Of a stretch of DNA of 64,000 bases, positions 16,701-25,433 are shown one piece after another. The DNA lies in contig CAZUJW010000001.1 of assembly GCA_964620655.1 (NCBI GenBank), positions 20,651-84,650 on the forward strand. Reading direction: 5' to 3'. This DNA is from an uncultured Christensenella sp. (GTDB lineage: Bacteria; Bacillota; Clostridia; Christensenellales; DTU072). Each line of letters starts with the position of its first letter. Position 1 is the stretch's first letter. Below the pieces are notes generated by a model. That model ran no database searches, had not been told where the DNA came from, and saw only the letters and a program-made list of their open reading frames with translations. Made by a program: the position numbers and the translations under genes.

Positions 16701-18073
16701 AACACAGAGCGAAGTTCGTAAGCGGCTGTATAGCGAAAGGTATAGACGAAGGGTTCGCGCTGAAACTGTGGGACGAACTCGAAGCCTTCGGTAACTATGC
16801 TTTCAACAAGTCGCACGCCGCGGCGTACGCCGTCCTTACTTATCAGACCGCTTTCTATAAGCATTATTACCCCGTCGAGTACCTTTGCGCAGTGCTGAAT
16901 AACCGTTTGGGAAGCCCCGACGACACCACTAAATATCTTAAACTCATTAAGGATATGGGAATAAAACTTCTGCCCCCGGATATTAACGAGTCGGAAAGTT
17001 TGTTCCTGCCCGAAAACGGCGGTATCCGATATGGTTTGGTTTGTATAAAGAACGTCGGTAAAGGAGCTATCGACGGCGTGGTCAAGGAGAGAAAGCAGGG
17101 CGGCAAGTTTACGAGTTTTTCCGACTTTGCGAGAAGAGTGCCTATGGACGCTCTTAACAGAAGAATGATAGAGTGCCTTATTAAGGGCGGAGCGTTCGAT
17201 TGCTTCGGACATAACAGAAGCACCCTTATGGCAAACTACGAAAATATCCTTGAGAGAGAGATTAAGTCGAAAGAACTTTTGAACGGCGGACAAATGTTTT
17301 TTGATTTTATGTTGGAAGACGACTATAAGTACGTCGAAGTCAAAGAAAACAGACGAGCAAAACTTATGGACGAAAAGGAAGTTCTCGGAAGATATTTATC
17401 GGGTCATCCGCTCGACGGATACGAAGAAGAATTCAAAGAGTTTAATTTCGATACGTCGAAAATGCTTCCCGTAAGGACGGAAGACGCAGAAGAAGACGTA
17501 AACGACGAAGAAGGCGGCGAAGAAAAACCCGACGTTTATCAGGTAAATAACGGCGACAGAGTGTATTTCGGCGGCTTACTTTCGGGAGTAACGATAAAGA
17601 CTTCGCAAAAGACGGGCAAGAAGTGGGGGTACGCCACGATAGAAGATATGGCGGGCAGTACGGAAATAGTATTTTATTCCCGTACGCTCGAGCAGTACAA
17701 ACCCCTTTTAGTCGACGACGCTCTCGTGAGAATAAAAGGTAAAATAAATATCGGAGCGGACGGAATTCCTAAAATCGAAGTTCAGTCGGTGTCGCAATGG
17801 GCGTTGAAAGAGAAAGAAGAGTTCGTCGATAAAAGAACTCTCTGTATCCGCATAGAAAACAACGATATAGACCTTTTCCAAAAGGTCATGGATTTATTAG
17901 AACGCAACCAAGGCGCCGGGAGCGAAGTCATTATTCAGGTCGACGCATATATAGACGGACAGGTCAAGAAAACGGGTTATGGTATGCCTTACACCGTCGC
18001 TAACCCCGATTCGCTCAAATCCACCCTAATAGGTATGGTCGGATACAACAACGTTAAGTTCATAGGAGGCTAA
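13763..18073 (+). CDS. dnaE: DNA polymerase III alpha subunit, DnaE type, with a large insertion
   Basis: N-terminal PHP domain (HLHNHTEYSLLDG), palm motifs (GAGRGSGVGS, PDFDVDFC), an OB fold and a C-terminal domain. At 1436 aa it is unusually long for a DnaE. Confidence 0.95.
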   Translation: MKEFVHLHNHTEYSLLDGCTRVEKLVQEAKAQGARAVAITDHGNMYGAIKFYKACQKHEVKPIIGCEFYVADDLNVKTRENNARYHLILLAKNLHGFHNLMKLSSIGYVDGFYDRPRIDYNVLKQYSSDLICLSGCVAGGVSRRLNDMTLDDPYGEALAYAKKTQELFAKGDYYIELQNHFIREELHALPLLRKIAKEIGAKTVATNDLHYLYKSDAKAHDILLCIQTAKDYDDPNRFRFPNDEFYYKTYDEMLAVIGEEESLDNTLEVADKINLVIPFHQYTIPYYQPQEGYPEDAGWCSKLRERQVLAYDGTTVSVKYDDCNPFYMVAGDFGDVKNISKHTTLKALDAVVDSFGKVSVQFSKFLSNFDIPTDGAEYYPAVEGKAVEDYETFDKIAKELYNHALSEFTKYKPADIKNTAVIGLNYPYAMTFSPEVSAHRADLLTVTAHLFGFNSADEFANYAKKLVDIYSEYRTNPENCSSAWSNGCFLTDNGSFVFPVAFTNKFSDVVITYMFLDVEGRLSLWMHDVNAALRATNFDAVYHSENVINSLYCKNVLFIVGGADAEYLRNMAYKGLADRYGKVTPEIKERAEDELQTIISMGFASYYLIVWDFINYAKSNGIPVGAGRGSGVGSIIAYAVRITNVDPLKYDLLFQRFLNSSRQSMPDFDVDFCSDRREEVIEYVRKKYGYDHVTQIITFGKMKKKNAIKNVCRVFKIPFAESNALVKNITDNDKAVHISNLLDPNDVHAVPELIELYRNDTYKEIFDIAIQLEDLPKDRGKHAAGVIICPYSVSEKVPLSRNGEDITTQFDMTECEELGLLKMDFLALKTLTDVKMAQDFVEKYEGVKVSFDELGYEDKEVYQMIGNGETDTVFQLESGGMKGFMKQLKPTLLEEIIAGVSLYRPGPMAYVPAYVYNKQHQSEIDYRHPLLEPILKSTYGIIVYQEQAMRITQHLAGYSLNEADNFRKFISKKKVEEIPKHRAKFVSGCIAKGIDEGFALKLWDELEAFGNYAFNKSHAAAYAVLTYQTAFYKHYYPVEYLCAVLNNRLGSPDDTTKYLKLIKDMGIKLLPPDINESESLFLPENGGIRYGLVCIKNVGKGAIDGVVKERKQGGKFTSFSDFARRVPMDALNRRMIECLIKGGAFDCFGHNRSTLMANYENILEREIKSKELLNGGQMFFDFMLEDDYKYVEVKENRRAKLMDEKEVLGRYLSGHPLDGYEEEFKEFNFDTSKMLPVRTEDAEEDVNDEEGGEEKPDVYQVNNGDRVYFGGLLSGVTIKTSQKTGKKWGYATIEDMAGSTEIVFYSRTLEQYKPLLVDDALVRIKGKINIGADGIPKIEVQSVSQWALKEKEEFVDKRTLCIRIENNDIDLFQKVMDLLERNQGAGSEVIIQVDAYIDGQVKKTGYGMPYTVANPDSLKSTLIGMVGYNNVKFIGG

Positions 18074-19059
18074 TCGTATAGGGTTAAATTTTGACGAAAA
18101 ACTGTTTTTTCGGGCGGCGTAGAAGAAGTTTTACGCCGTTTTTTATTGACGATATAAAGAAAAACGTAGCCGGTGGAAACCGTCGCGCCGAGAACGCTTA
18201 ATACCGGATACAGCGTGTCTACCAACGTTCGGAAACCGAATACCGATACGACGAAAGAAACGGAAGTAACGATAATCGCGGTGTAGAGCTTGTTTTCCGA
18301 CGTTATGGATAAGCAACTCGTCATAGTCGTAAAAACGGCAAGGTACATTACTATATTGCCGATAAGAGCGAGGTTACTTAATTTTGCCGCTTCCATAAGG
18401 GGCATATCGGAATTTTGCGTACTCCGTATAGCGAAGAATACGGCAAGAATAAGAAGAGTAATAAAAATTCCGCAGTAAGAAGCGGTTATTACGCAGTCTT
18501 TTTTAGTAAAATCTCTACTCATCGTCGATATGAGATATCCGCCGCCTATTACGTTCATCGTGCAGTACGAAAAGGCGGGCAGAACGGTAAATTTGCCGAG
18601 GATAAAAAGTTCGCCGTTTTTGAAAAACAGCGTAAAAATAAGGACGATTATTACGGGAACGATAATAACGTTGCTTAGTTTAATTTTTTCCACGCCCGCA
18701 ACGACGGTAATAAGGGCAAGTATTCCCGTAATTATTCCGCCGCCGTGAAAAGAAAACAGGGCGTAAACGGTGGTTTCGCTCGCCGCCGTCATTGAACATA
18801 AAGTGACTAAATTACTTATCTTAATTACCGCGTCGGCAAACTTATCTGCCTTTCCCCACAGCAATTTAGGCTTACCTTGCGTGTACGCTCCGATTAGAAG
18901 GAAAAAATAGCAAAAAAATCCCATAAGCAATCCGCTCAGGAAGGGTACGATAGGGGAACAGTCGGCGAAGTACAGGGCGATTTCTCTACCCGAGGCGAAA
19001 CCCGCTCCGGTAAACGCGCCCAAGAAAACAGCCGCCGTCGATAAACGCTTACGTCGCAT
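18070..19059 (-). CDS. YkvI-family-like polytopic membrane protein (putative transporter)
   Basis: N-terminal FTGAGFASGREI motif resembles the B. subtilis YkvI family. About 9-10 TM segments. 329 aa. Confidence 0.6.
   Translation of the reverse strand: MRRKRLSTAAVFLGAFTGAGFASGREIALYFADCSPIVPFLSGLLMGFFCYFFLLIGAYTQGKPKLLWGKADKFADAVIKISNLVTLCSMTAASETTVYALFSFHGGGIITGILALITVVAGVEKIKLSNVIIVPVIIVLIFTLFFKNGELFILGKFTVLPAFSYCTMNVIGGGYLISTMSRDFTKKDCVITASYCGIFITLLILAVFFAIRSTQNSDMPLMEAAKLSNLALIGNIVMYLAVFTTMTSCLSITSENKLYTAIIVTSVSFVVSVFGFRTLVDTLYPVLSVLGATVSTGYVFLYIVNKKRRKTSSTPPEKTVFRQNLTLYD
18115..18144 (+). terminator. Rho-independent terminator for dnaE, embedded in the 3' coding end of the convergent gene
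   Basis: cggcgta-N10-tacgccg followed by TTTTTT. Confidence 0.6.
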
Positions 19060-19104
19060 ACATAATTTATATGTATTTTCGACGGCCGTAAGACCGCCGG
19101 AAAG

Positions 19105-19893
19105 TCAGAATTTTTTCGCTATGAATTTTTCGAGCAGAGCCACTCCGCCGTACATAAGGGCGGCGAGTAAGCATAGTATTACCGTGCTTGCCATTACCAA
19201 ATCCAGCCGGAATACCTGACTGCCGTATACTATAAGGTATCCGATGCCTTCTCTCGATACGAGATATTCGCCCATAATCGTACCGACCCAACTTAATCCT
19301 ACGTTGATTTTCAGTACCGATATAATAGTAGGCAAATTAGCCGGAAAAACGAGTTTTGCGAATATCTGCATTTTGGTCGCTTTCATCGATTTTAAGAGCA
19401 TGATTTTTTCTTTGTCTATCGATAAAAAACCGGTAAGAACGCTTATTATCGTAATCACTATGCAGATAAGAACCGCCATTGTCACTATCGACGCTTTACC
19501 GGCTCCCACCCATATGATAATAATAGGTCCGAGAGCTATTTTAGGCAGGGCGTTAAGGGTAATAAGGTATGGTTCCGCTACGTCTTTTATGACGGGACTC
19601 CACCACAGTATAATCGCGATTACGGTACCCAAAACCGTGGATAACAGAAACCCTAACACCGTTTCGTACAGCGTCGCGAAAAGATGTTGAAAAAGGTTGC
19701 CGCCGCGGTACAGTTCTACTGTTATCTTTGCTATTCTCGACGGAGAACTTATAATAAACGGGTCTACTATTTGCAGGTATGCTATAAGTTCCCACACACC
19801 TATGAAGAGTAGCAAAATTCCCGCTTGAAGTCCTATAATCACGCATTTTCTTATCTTACGTTTTTTAATGTATTTTTTGTGTTCTTCGGTCAT
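19105..19893 (-). CDS. ABC transporter permease (NitT/TauT family)
   Basis: BPD-transporter core with an EAA-like loop (MLLKSMKATKMQIFAKLVFPANLP). The start is moved to ATG 19893, which follows a GGAGG SD and overlaps the ATPase stop by 4 nt. Confidence 0.85.
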   Translation of the reverse strand: MTEEHKKYIKKRKIRKCVIIGLQAGILLLFIGVWELIAYLQIVDPFIISSPSRIAKITVELYRGGNLFQHLFATLYETVLGFLLSTVLGTVIAIILWWSPVIKDVAEPYLITLNALPKIALGPIIIIWVGAGKASIVTMAVLICIVITIISVLTGFLSIDKEKIMLLKSMKATKMQIFAKLVFPANLPTIISVLKINVGLSWVGTIMGEYLVSREGIGYLIVYGSQVFRLDLVMASTVILCLLAALMYGGVALLEKFIAKKF

Positions 19894-20648
19894 TTCCGTA
19901 CCTCCAGAAGACGCCATATTTCTTCGAAATATTTAGAAAACCGCGGACTCTCTCTGCGTTGCAAAGGGGTGAGCGATTTATCCAAATCGACCTTAACGTC
20001 GGCTCTAATCTTTGCGGGACGAGCCGTAAGGACGATTATTCTGTCGCACAGCGAGATACTTTCGTTGATGTCGTGCGACACAAGAAGAGCGGTCTTTTTT
20101 TCCTGTTTTATGATAGAGTGAACGTCGTCGCAAACGTTAAGCCGCGTCTGAAAGTCGAGAGCCGAGAAAGGTTCGTCGAGCAGGAGTACCGACGGAGCGG
20201 TGACGAGAGTCCTTATCAGAGACGCTCTCTGACGCATGCCGCCCGACAGTTCCGACGGGTGCTTTTTAAGAAAGTCTCCAAGTCCGTATTTTTCGAGCAG
20301 TTCTCTGCCGTAAGCCTTGTTTTCGGGAGTGTTCTTTTTCAGAATTTCCAAGCCGAGAAAAACGTTTTTTTCTATCGTTCTCCATTCGAAGAGTTGGTCG
20401 CGTTGCGGCATCAACGCTATTTCGTTTCCTTTCGACGAAAGGGGGGCTCCCCGCAGGAGTATCCGTCCCGAAGAAGGGGTTTCTATTCCTGCGAGAAGAT
20501 TGAGAATAGTGGTCTTGCCGCAACCTGACGGACCCACTATTCCCAAAAATTCTCCTTCGTTTACCGAGAAGTTTATATCGTCTACCGCTTTCGTTTCCGT
20601 ATCCTTACCGTGGTAAGTGAAGGATAAATTTTCTATCTGCAGTATCAT
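19890..20648 (-). CDS. ABC transporter ATP-binding protein (NitT/TauT family)
   Basis: Walker A GPSGCGKTT, signature LSGGMRQR, Walker B LLLDEPFSALD. Confidence 0.9.
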   Translation of the reverse strand: MILQIENLSFTYHGKDTETKAVDDINFSVNEGEFLGIVGPSGCGKTTILNLLAGIETPSSGRILLRGAPLSSKGNEIALMPQRDQLFEWRTIEKNVFLGLEILKKNTPENKAYGRELLEKYGLGDFLKKHPSELSGGMRQRASLIRTLVTAPSVLLLDEPFSALDFQTRLNVCDDVHSIIKQEKKTALLVSHDINESISLCDRIIVLTARPAKIRADVKVDLDKSLTPLQRRESPRFSKYFEEIWRLLEVRK

Positions 20649-20677
20649 CTTGACTCCTTTTGTAAAAATTTGTTCGG

Positions 20678-21679
20678 TTATTTTTCCGCAAGTATTTTTT
20701 CCGCTATCGAATTGTCGATTACGTCGGAGAAAGCTATTCTCTGCGTTATGCTGCCGCTTTCTTCGAGAATATCGAGCATGTGTTCGAAAGCTTCTTCGGT
20801 CATTATAGGATCGTTCATATACGCGTTTATCGCCTTGTAGCTTTCGACGGATTTTTTAAGAAGAGCGTTGTCGGTCGTCGGAAAACTCGGTCTCAACGCT
20901 TCGGCTATTTTGTCGGGATTACCGTTTATTACAAAGTCGATACCCTTAATTACGGCTTTCATAAATCCCGTTATTTTTTCGGGGTTGGCGGCGATATATT
21001 CCTTAGTCGCCATAAAGCAGGTGTAGGGGATTTCTCCCGCTTCTTTGCCCACGCTCGCCACGATGTAGCCTTTGCCGAGAGCTTCGTATTGACTTGCGTT
21101 GGGTTCGAACATCGTGCAGTAGTCGCCTGTTCCGCCTTCAAACGCTGCCGTAATCAGGTCGAACTGTACGTCGTAGTTAAGAGTAAGGTCGGTGCCTGCG
21201 ACGAGATTGTTTTTATTAAGGGCGTGTTCGAGACTCATTGCGGGCATACCGCCTTTTCTTCCGCCTATTATTTCTTTTCCTTTAAGGTCGGTCCATTTGA
21301 AATCGGGTTCGGCTTTTCTGCCTATAAGAAAAGCTCCGTCGCATTTAGTCAGCTGTCCGAATACCACGGGATAGTTGTTGCTGCCGCCGGTTTTTACGTA
21401 TACGGCTGCCTCGGGTCCCATAAGTCCAACGTCCGCCTGACCGCTTATTACCGCCGTCATACTCTTGTCGGCACCGCCGCCGTTGGTAAGCTCGATTGTA
21501 ATTCCGTACTCTTCGAAGTACCCTTTGTTTATTGCGACGTACAAGGGGGCGTAGAATACCGAATGGGTGACTTCGTTAAGTCTTATTACGTCGTCGTCCG
21601 TCTTAGCGCAGGCGGTGAATGCGATTATACTTAACGTAAGTAACGAGATTATCAACACCGCCGTGATGATTTTTTTCAT
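20678..21679 (-). CDS. ABC transporter substrate-binding lipoprotein (NMT1/THI5-like fold)
   Basis: The start is moved to ATG 21679 after a GGAGG SD. Lipobox LSIIAFTAC|A. The periplasmic-binding pattern is typical of NitT/TauT-type binding proteins. The 449-aa track ORF is an upstream read-through. Confidence 0.85.
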   Translation of the reverse strand: MKKIITAVLIISLLTLSIIAFTACAKTDDDVIRLNEVTHSVFYAPLYVAINKGYFEEYGITIELTNGGGADKSMTAVISGQADVGLMGPEAAVYVKTGGSNNYPVVFGQLTKCDGAFLIGRKAEPDFKWTDLKGKEIIGGRKGGMPAMSLEHALNKNNLVAGTDLTLNYDVQFDLITAAFEGGTGDYCTMFEPNASQYEALGKGYIVASVGKEAGEIPYTCFMATKEYIAANPEKITGFMKAVIKGIDFVINGNPDKIAEALRPSFPTTDNALLKKSVESYKAINAYMNDPIMTEEAFEHMLDILEESGSITQRIAFSDVIDNSIAEKILAEK

Positions 21680-21834
21680 AATACCTCCATATTGTGTTTT
21701 CGCCGAAAGATAAAAACGGCGTATAGTACATTCTATGAAGTTGTTTCCCGCAGGGTGTGACGCCCGAGAACGGTTTAAGAAAATTTTAATCTTTTTATTA
21801 TTAAATAATAACGTTAGGAAAAATTTACAAAATC

Positions 21835-21863
21835 GTGACTCTGAAAAAAATGTATGGTATAAT
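21835..21863 (+). promoter_or_regulatory. Extended -10 promoter
   Basis: GTGACT, 17-nt spacer (ending TGg), TATAAT. It lies 28 nt upstream of ATG 21891. Confidence 0.45.
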
Positions 21864-21890
21864 ACTTGTGAATTTTTCCGGGGACTATAT

Positions 21891-23897
21891 ATGGATAAAT
21901 TAAATATAAAAAGAAGTGTTTTAATTTTTAACATATTTTGCTTTCTCGCAATAGCGGGTTTCGTCGCCGGACTTAACTTTGCGACCAACGTCGGCTTTGC
22001 CGCAGATCTGCCCGAACCCACCGTCACCGCCGTAACCGACGCATATTTTACCGACGGAGAGATAACTTATACGCGGGAAAATTATTCGGGAAATTATTCA
22101 AAAGACGTGGAAATAACTTTCGATTTGGCTTCTGCTTCCTACTACAAAATCGACGTAACCGTAAACGACGTTCTGATAGAAGGGAGTAAGACCGCCGCGC
22201 CGACGGAAGGGAACGTAACGTATAAAGTCAGTCAGTCGGGCGTGGTAACGGTCACGCTGTACGCCTACGACAATAGCGGCGAATTATCGGGCTCGGTATC
22301 GAAAACGGTAAAAAGCGACAACGTAGCCCCCGAAACCCCGACGCACACGAAAATGGACAAATACTATAAGACGGGTTCCGTTTATAACGTAAATATAAAC
22401 CTTAACGAAGTATCCGACCTGCACAGCGGTAGGGGAAATATATACTACTCGTTATCGACAGATAAAAGTTCTTTAATCGAAGTCACGAATTCCGACGCGG
22501 TAACTTTGAGTATCTCCGAAAAAACCACCGTTTACCTTTACGTTTTCGATAATGCGAAAAACTGCGTGGTGGAAGAATACGTTTTCGATAAATTCGACGG
22601 AAACGCTCCCGCAAAACCCGAAATTACCGTCACTCCTATATCCGATTTAACCAAAACCAACGGTTTTACGAGCGGATACGAAGTGGAAATAAACTACGGG
22701 TTCGATACCGAAAGCGGAATAAAAAACAGGTATTGTTTCGTCAACGACGCAAGGAGCGAATATAACGGCGCGTTTACGATCGACAGAGCCGCCGAATACG
22801 AAATAAGAGCTTACAGTGCGGACGCCTGCGGCAATATATCGGAAGAAGCCACCGTTAAAATTGCTGCCGACGCTTTCGACAACGACGCTCCGAGCATAAT
22901 AAACGCTACCGTTATCTATGACTTAACGCAGGAAAAACCCGTAAAATTAAGAGTCGAAGCGAGAGATACGCAGAGCGGAATAAAAGAAATAACGGTTGCG
23001 GACGGCGAAGTCTTTTCCGAATCGTCGGAAGGAGTGTACGAACTTTATTTCGACTGCTACGGCGTGTCGTCGGTAGTGATAAACGCGACGGACAAAGTCG
23101 GCAACGTATCTGTTCAACACGTCGCTTTTAACTATTTCAACGATAAAAACTTTTCCGATAAACTGAAATCGTATTCGGCTTCTTACCTTAACGCCGATTT
23201 TTCCGAGTATACCGCAAACGCCGTCGAAAAGATAAACGCGGCTTTCGCAAAACTCAACGTTCTTATATCTTCCGACCTTACTTCGAGCGAAGATTTCGAT
23301 AATTGCTTTAAGGAAATCGACGAACTTATGAGCGGAAAGAGTAGTTTCTCTTACGTAATGGAAAAAGCTCCCACATATCTGTCGGGTGCTTTGACTTACA
23401 CGGTAAACGACGTCGATTTTGCCGGATACAAAAAGGGCGACGAAATAAAACTTACTTTCGCTTCCGTCGGCAACGCTAACGATTTTCTCAAAGCAAGCGG
23501 TTTTAATAAAGGCTTTTCCGAGAACTTTACCCTTAACGTTTTCTATAACGGAGAACTGCAAAAAAGTTTATCGAACGGACTGAAAATAAGTATGAATATG
23601 CCCGTAGGGTTTTACGAAAGGAATTACGCTTTGTTTAACGCCGACACGGGAGAGAAAGTAGATATAACTCTTATCAACAACAAGATAGAATTTACCCTTA
23701 CGGAAAGCGGAAATTACAGTTTGGTAATAAGCGGCGCGTCCACGCCGACGACTAACGTTTCCGCAAGTAAAGGAGTGACGGTATTCGGTCACCGGATAAG
23801 CCTTGCCGCATTCTTAGGCACGGTGATAGGCGGAGTAGTCGTAGCCGCCGCCGGAATAGCCGTCGTAATAACAGTATTCAAAAGAAGAGGGAGATAA
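21891..23897 (+). CDS. Cell-surface protein with an N-terminal signal/anchor, Ig-like repeats and a C-terminal TM anchor
   Basis: The start is moved to ATG 21891 (GGGGA SD). Signal-like VLIFNIFCFLAIAGFVAGLNFA. Recurrent D-x-x-AP linkers (DNVAPETP, DGNAPAKPEITVTP, DNDAPSII). C-terminal TM plus KRRGR. Confidence 0.6.
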   Translation: MDKLNIKRSVLIFNIFCFLAIAGFVAGLNFATNVGFAADLPEPTVTAVTDAYFTDGEITYTRENYSGNYSKDVEITFDLASASYYKIDVTVNDVLIEGSKTAAPTEGNVTYKVSQSGVVTVTLYAYDNSGELSGSVSKTVKSDNVAPETPTHTKMDKYYKTGSVYNVNINLNEVSDLHSGRGNIYYSLSTDKSSLIEVTNSDAVTLSISEKTTVYLYVFDNAKNCVVEEYVFDKFDGNAPAKPEITVTPISDLTKTNGFTSGYEVEINYGFDTESGIKNRYCFVNDARSEYNGAFTIDRAAEYEIRAYSADACGNISEEATVKIAADAFDNDAPSIINATVIYDLTQEKPVKLRVEARDTQSGIKEITVADGEVFSESSEGVYELYFDCYGVSSVVINATDKVGNVSVQHVAFNYFNDKNFSDKLKSYSASYLNADFSEYTANAVEKINAAFAKLNVLISSDLTSSEDFDNCFKEIDELMSGKSSFSYVMEKAPTYLSGALTYTVNDVDFAGYKKGDEIKLTFASVGNANDFLKASGFNKGFSENFTLNVFYNGELQKSLSNGLKISMNMPVGFYERNYALFNADTGEKVDITLINNKIEFTLTESGNYSLVISGASTPTTNVSASKGVTVFGHRISLAAFLGTVIGGVVVAAAGIAVVITVFKRRGR

Positions 23898-23900
23898 AAA

Positions 23901-25433
23901 GTGTTCACTACGGTAAAAAGTTTTGCTTTGGACGGAATAAGCGGGTTTCCCGTCGAAGTCGAAGTCTGCGCGCAGAAAGGTTTGCCGTCTTTCGAGATGG
24001 TAGGACTTGCCGCCGGAGCGGTCAAGGAATCGAAAGAAAGGGTTCGTTCTGCGATAAAGAACAGCGGCTTTGAATTCGGTTCTTTTCACACCGTAATAAA
24101 TCTCGCTCCCGCCGACGTAAAGAAAGACGGCTCGTCGTTGGACCTTGCCATAGCGATAGGATACCTTACGAGTACGGGGAGCGTTCCTTACAAAAACTGC
24201 GGAGAGTACGTATTTTTAGGCGAACTCGGTCTCGACGGGGCTTTGCGTAAAATTAACGGAGTAATGCCTATACTCATATCGGCGTTGCAGTTGGGGTACA
24301 AAAAGTTCGTCGTGCCGTACGGTAACGCCAAAGAAGCGTCTTTCGTGGACGGAGCGGAAGTTTACGCCGTGACGAACCTTGCCGAAGCGGTGAATATTCT
24401 CATAGGACTTAACGTAAAACCCATAGAAAAAGCGGTTTTCGACCAATATTCCGACTACGTTTGCGAAGTGGATATGGCGGATATAAAAGGACAGTCCATG
24501 GCTAAAAGAGCTTTGGAAATAGCGGTAAGCGGAGCGCATAACATGCTTATGTGCGGTTCGCCCGGTACGGGCAAAACGATGCTCGCTAAGTGCGTTACGG
24601 GAATAATGCCCGCAATGACTTTCGACGAAGCGATAGAAGTGACTAAAATCCATTCGGTAAGCGGACTTATTAACGAAGAAGAAGGAATAGTCCGTCACAG
24701 ACCGTTCCGCAGTCCCCACCACACGGCAAGTCTTCCGAGCATAACGGGCGGCGGCAACAACGCAAAACCGGGAGAAGTGAGCCTTGCTCATAACGGAGTG
24801 TTGTTTCTTGACGAAATGCCCGAATATCCGAGAAAAACTCTCGAAGCTCTCCGTCAGCCGTTGGAAGACGGAGTGATAACGGTGTCGAGAGTGAACAGGA
24901 CAGCCGAATACCCCGCCGATTTTATGCTTATAGCGAGTATGAACCCTTGCCCGTGCGGTTATTACGGCAGCTCGGTAAAAAAATGCTCTTGCACGCCGAG
25001 AGAGATACTAAACTACGTTTCCAAGATAAGCGGACCGCTTCTCGACAGAATAGACATTTACGTTACGGTAGATAATATAGAGTACGGCGAATTCCGTTCC
25101 CGCAGAATACCCGAGTCGAGCGCGACGGTGAGAGAAAGGGTGGAAAGAGCGAGAGAAATTCAGCGTAAACGTTTCGCCGAATACGGAATAAGGACGAATT
25201 CGCAAATGAGCAATTCCCTTATAAAGCGTTTTTGCGCGTTGGACGCCGACAGCGAAGATATGCTCGGAAAGGTTTTCGTAAAGAACAATCTCAGCCCAAG
25301 AGCCACTACGAGAATATTAAAGACGGCGCGTACGATAGCCGACCTTGCGGGCAGAGACGATATAACAAGCGACGACCTTGCCGAAGCGATACAATACAAG
25401 ACCGTCGATAAGAAGGAGCTTACGGTATTTTGA
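23901..25433 (+). CDS. comM: YifB/ComM-family Mg-chelatase-like AAA+ ATPase
   Basis: Lon-like N-terminal domain, Walker A GSPGTGKT, Walker B VLFLDE, C-terminal ChlI-like region. GTG start. Confidence 0.9.
   Translation: MFTTVKSFALDGISGFPVEVEVCAQKGLPSFEMVGLAAGAVKESKERVRSAIKNSGFEFGSFHTVINLAPADVKKDGSSLDLAIAIGYLTSTGSVPYKNCGEYVFLGELGLDGALRKINGVMPILISALQLGYKKFVVPYGNAKEASFVDGAEVYAVTNLAEAVNILIGLNVKPIEKAVFDQYSDYVCEVDMADIKGQSMAKRALEIAVSGAHNMLMCGSPGTGKTMLAKCVTGIMPAMTFDEAIEVTKIHSVSGLINEEEGIVRHRPFRSPHHTASLPSITGGGNNAKPGEVSLAHNGVLFLDEMPEYPRKTLEALRQPLEDGVITVSRVNRTAEYPADFMLIASMNPCPCGYYGSSVKKCSCTPREILNYVSKISGPLLDRIDIYVTVDNIEYGEFRSRRIPESSATVRERVERAREIQRKRFAEYGIRTNSQMSNSLIKRFCALDADSEDMLGKVFVKNNLSPRATTRILKTARTIADLAGRDDITSDDLAEAIQYKTVDKKELTVF

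Noticed and set aside
21680-21890. Expected a TPP (THI-box) riboswitch upstream of the NMT1/THI5-like binding protein / ABC importer (a ThiXYZ-like layout).
   Set aside because: I read the minus-strand leader and found no CUGAGA or ACCUGAUCUGGAUAAUGCCAGCG-like elements and no convincing terminator/antiterminator. The substrate of the transporter therefore stays unassigned. An Rfam scan would settle it.
20678-22027. N-terminally extended track ORFs: 20678-22027 (449 aa), 21735-23897 (720 aa), 49082-50209 (375 aa), 30429-31781, 26488-28611, 39656-45673, 55772-57244, 703-1053 and 19105-19917.
   Set aside because: In each case an internal start has a strong SD and yields a canonical N-terminus (signal peptide, lipobox or conserved family start). 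The extension would overlap the divergent neighbour or has non-coding character. The starts were trimmed accordingly.
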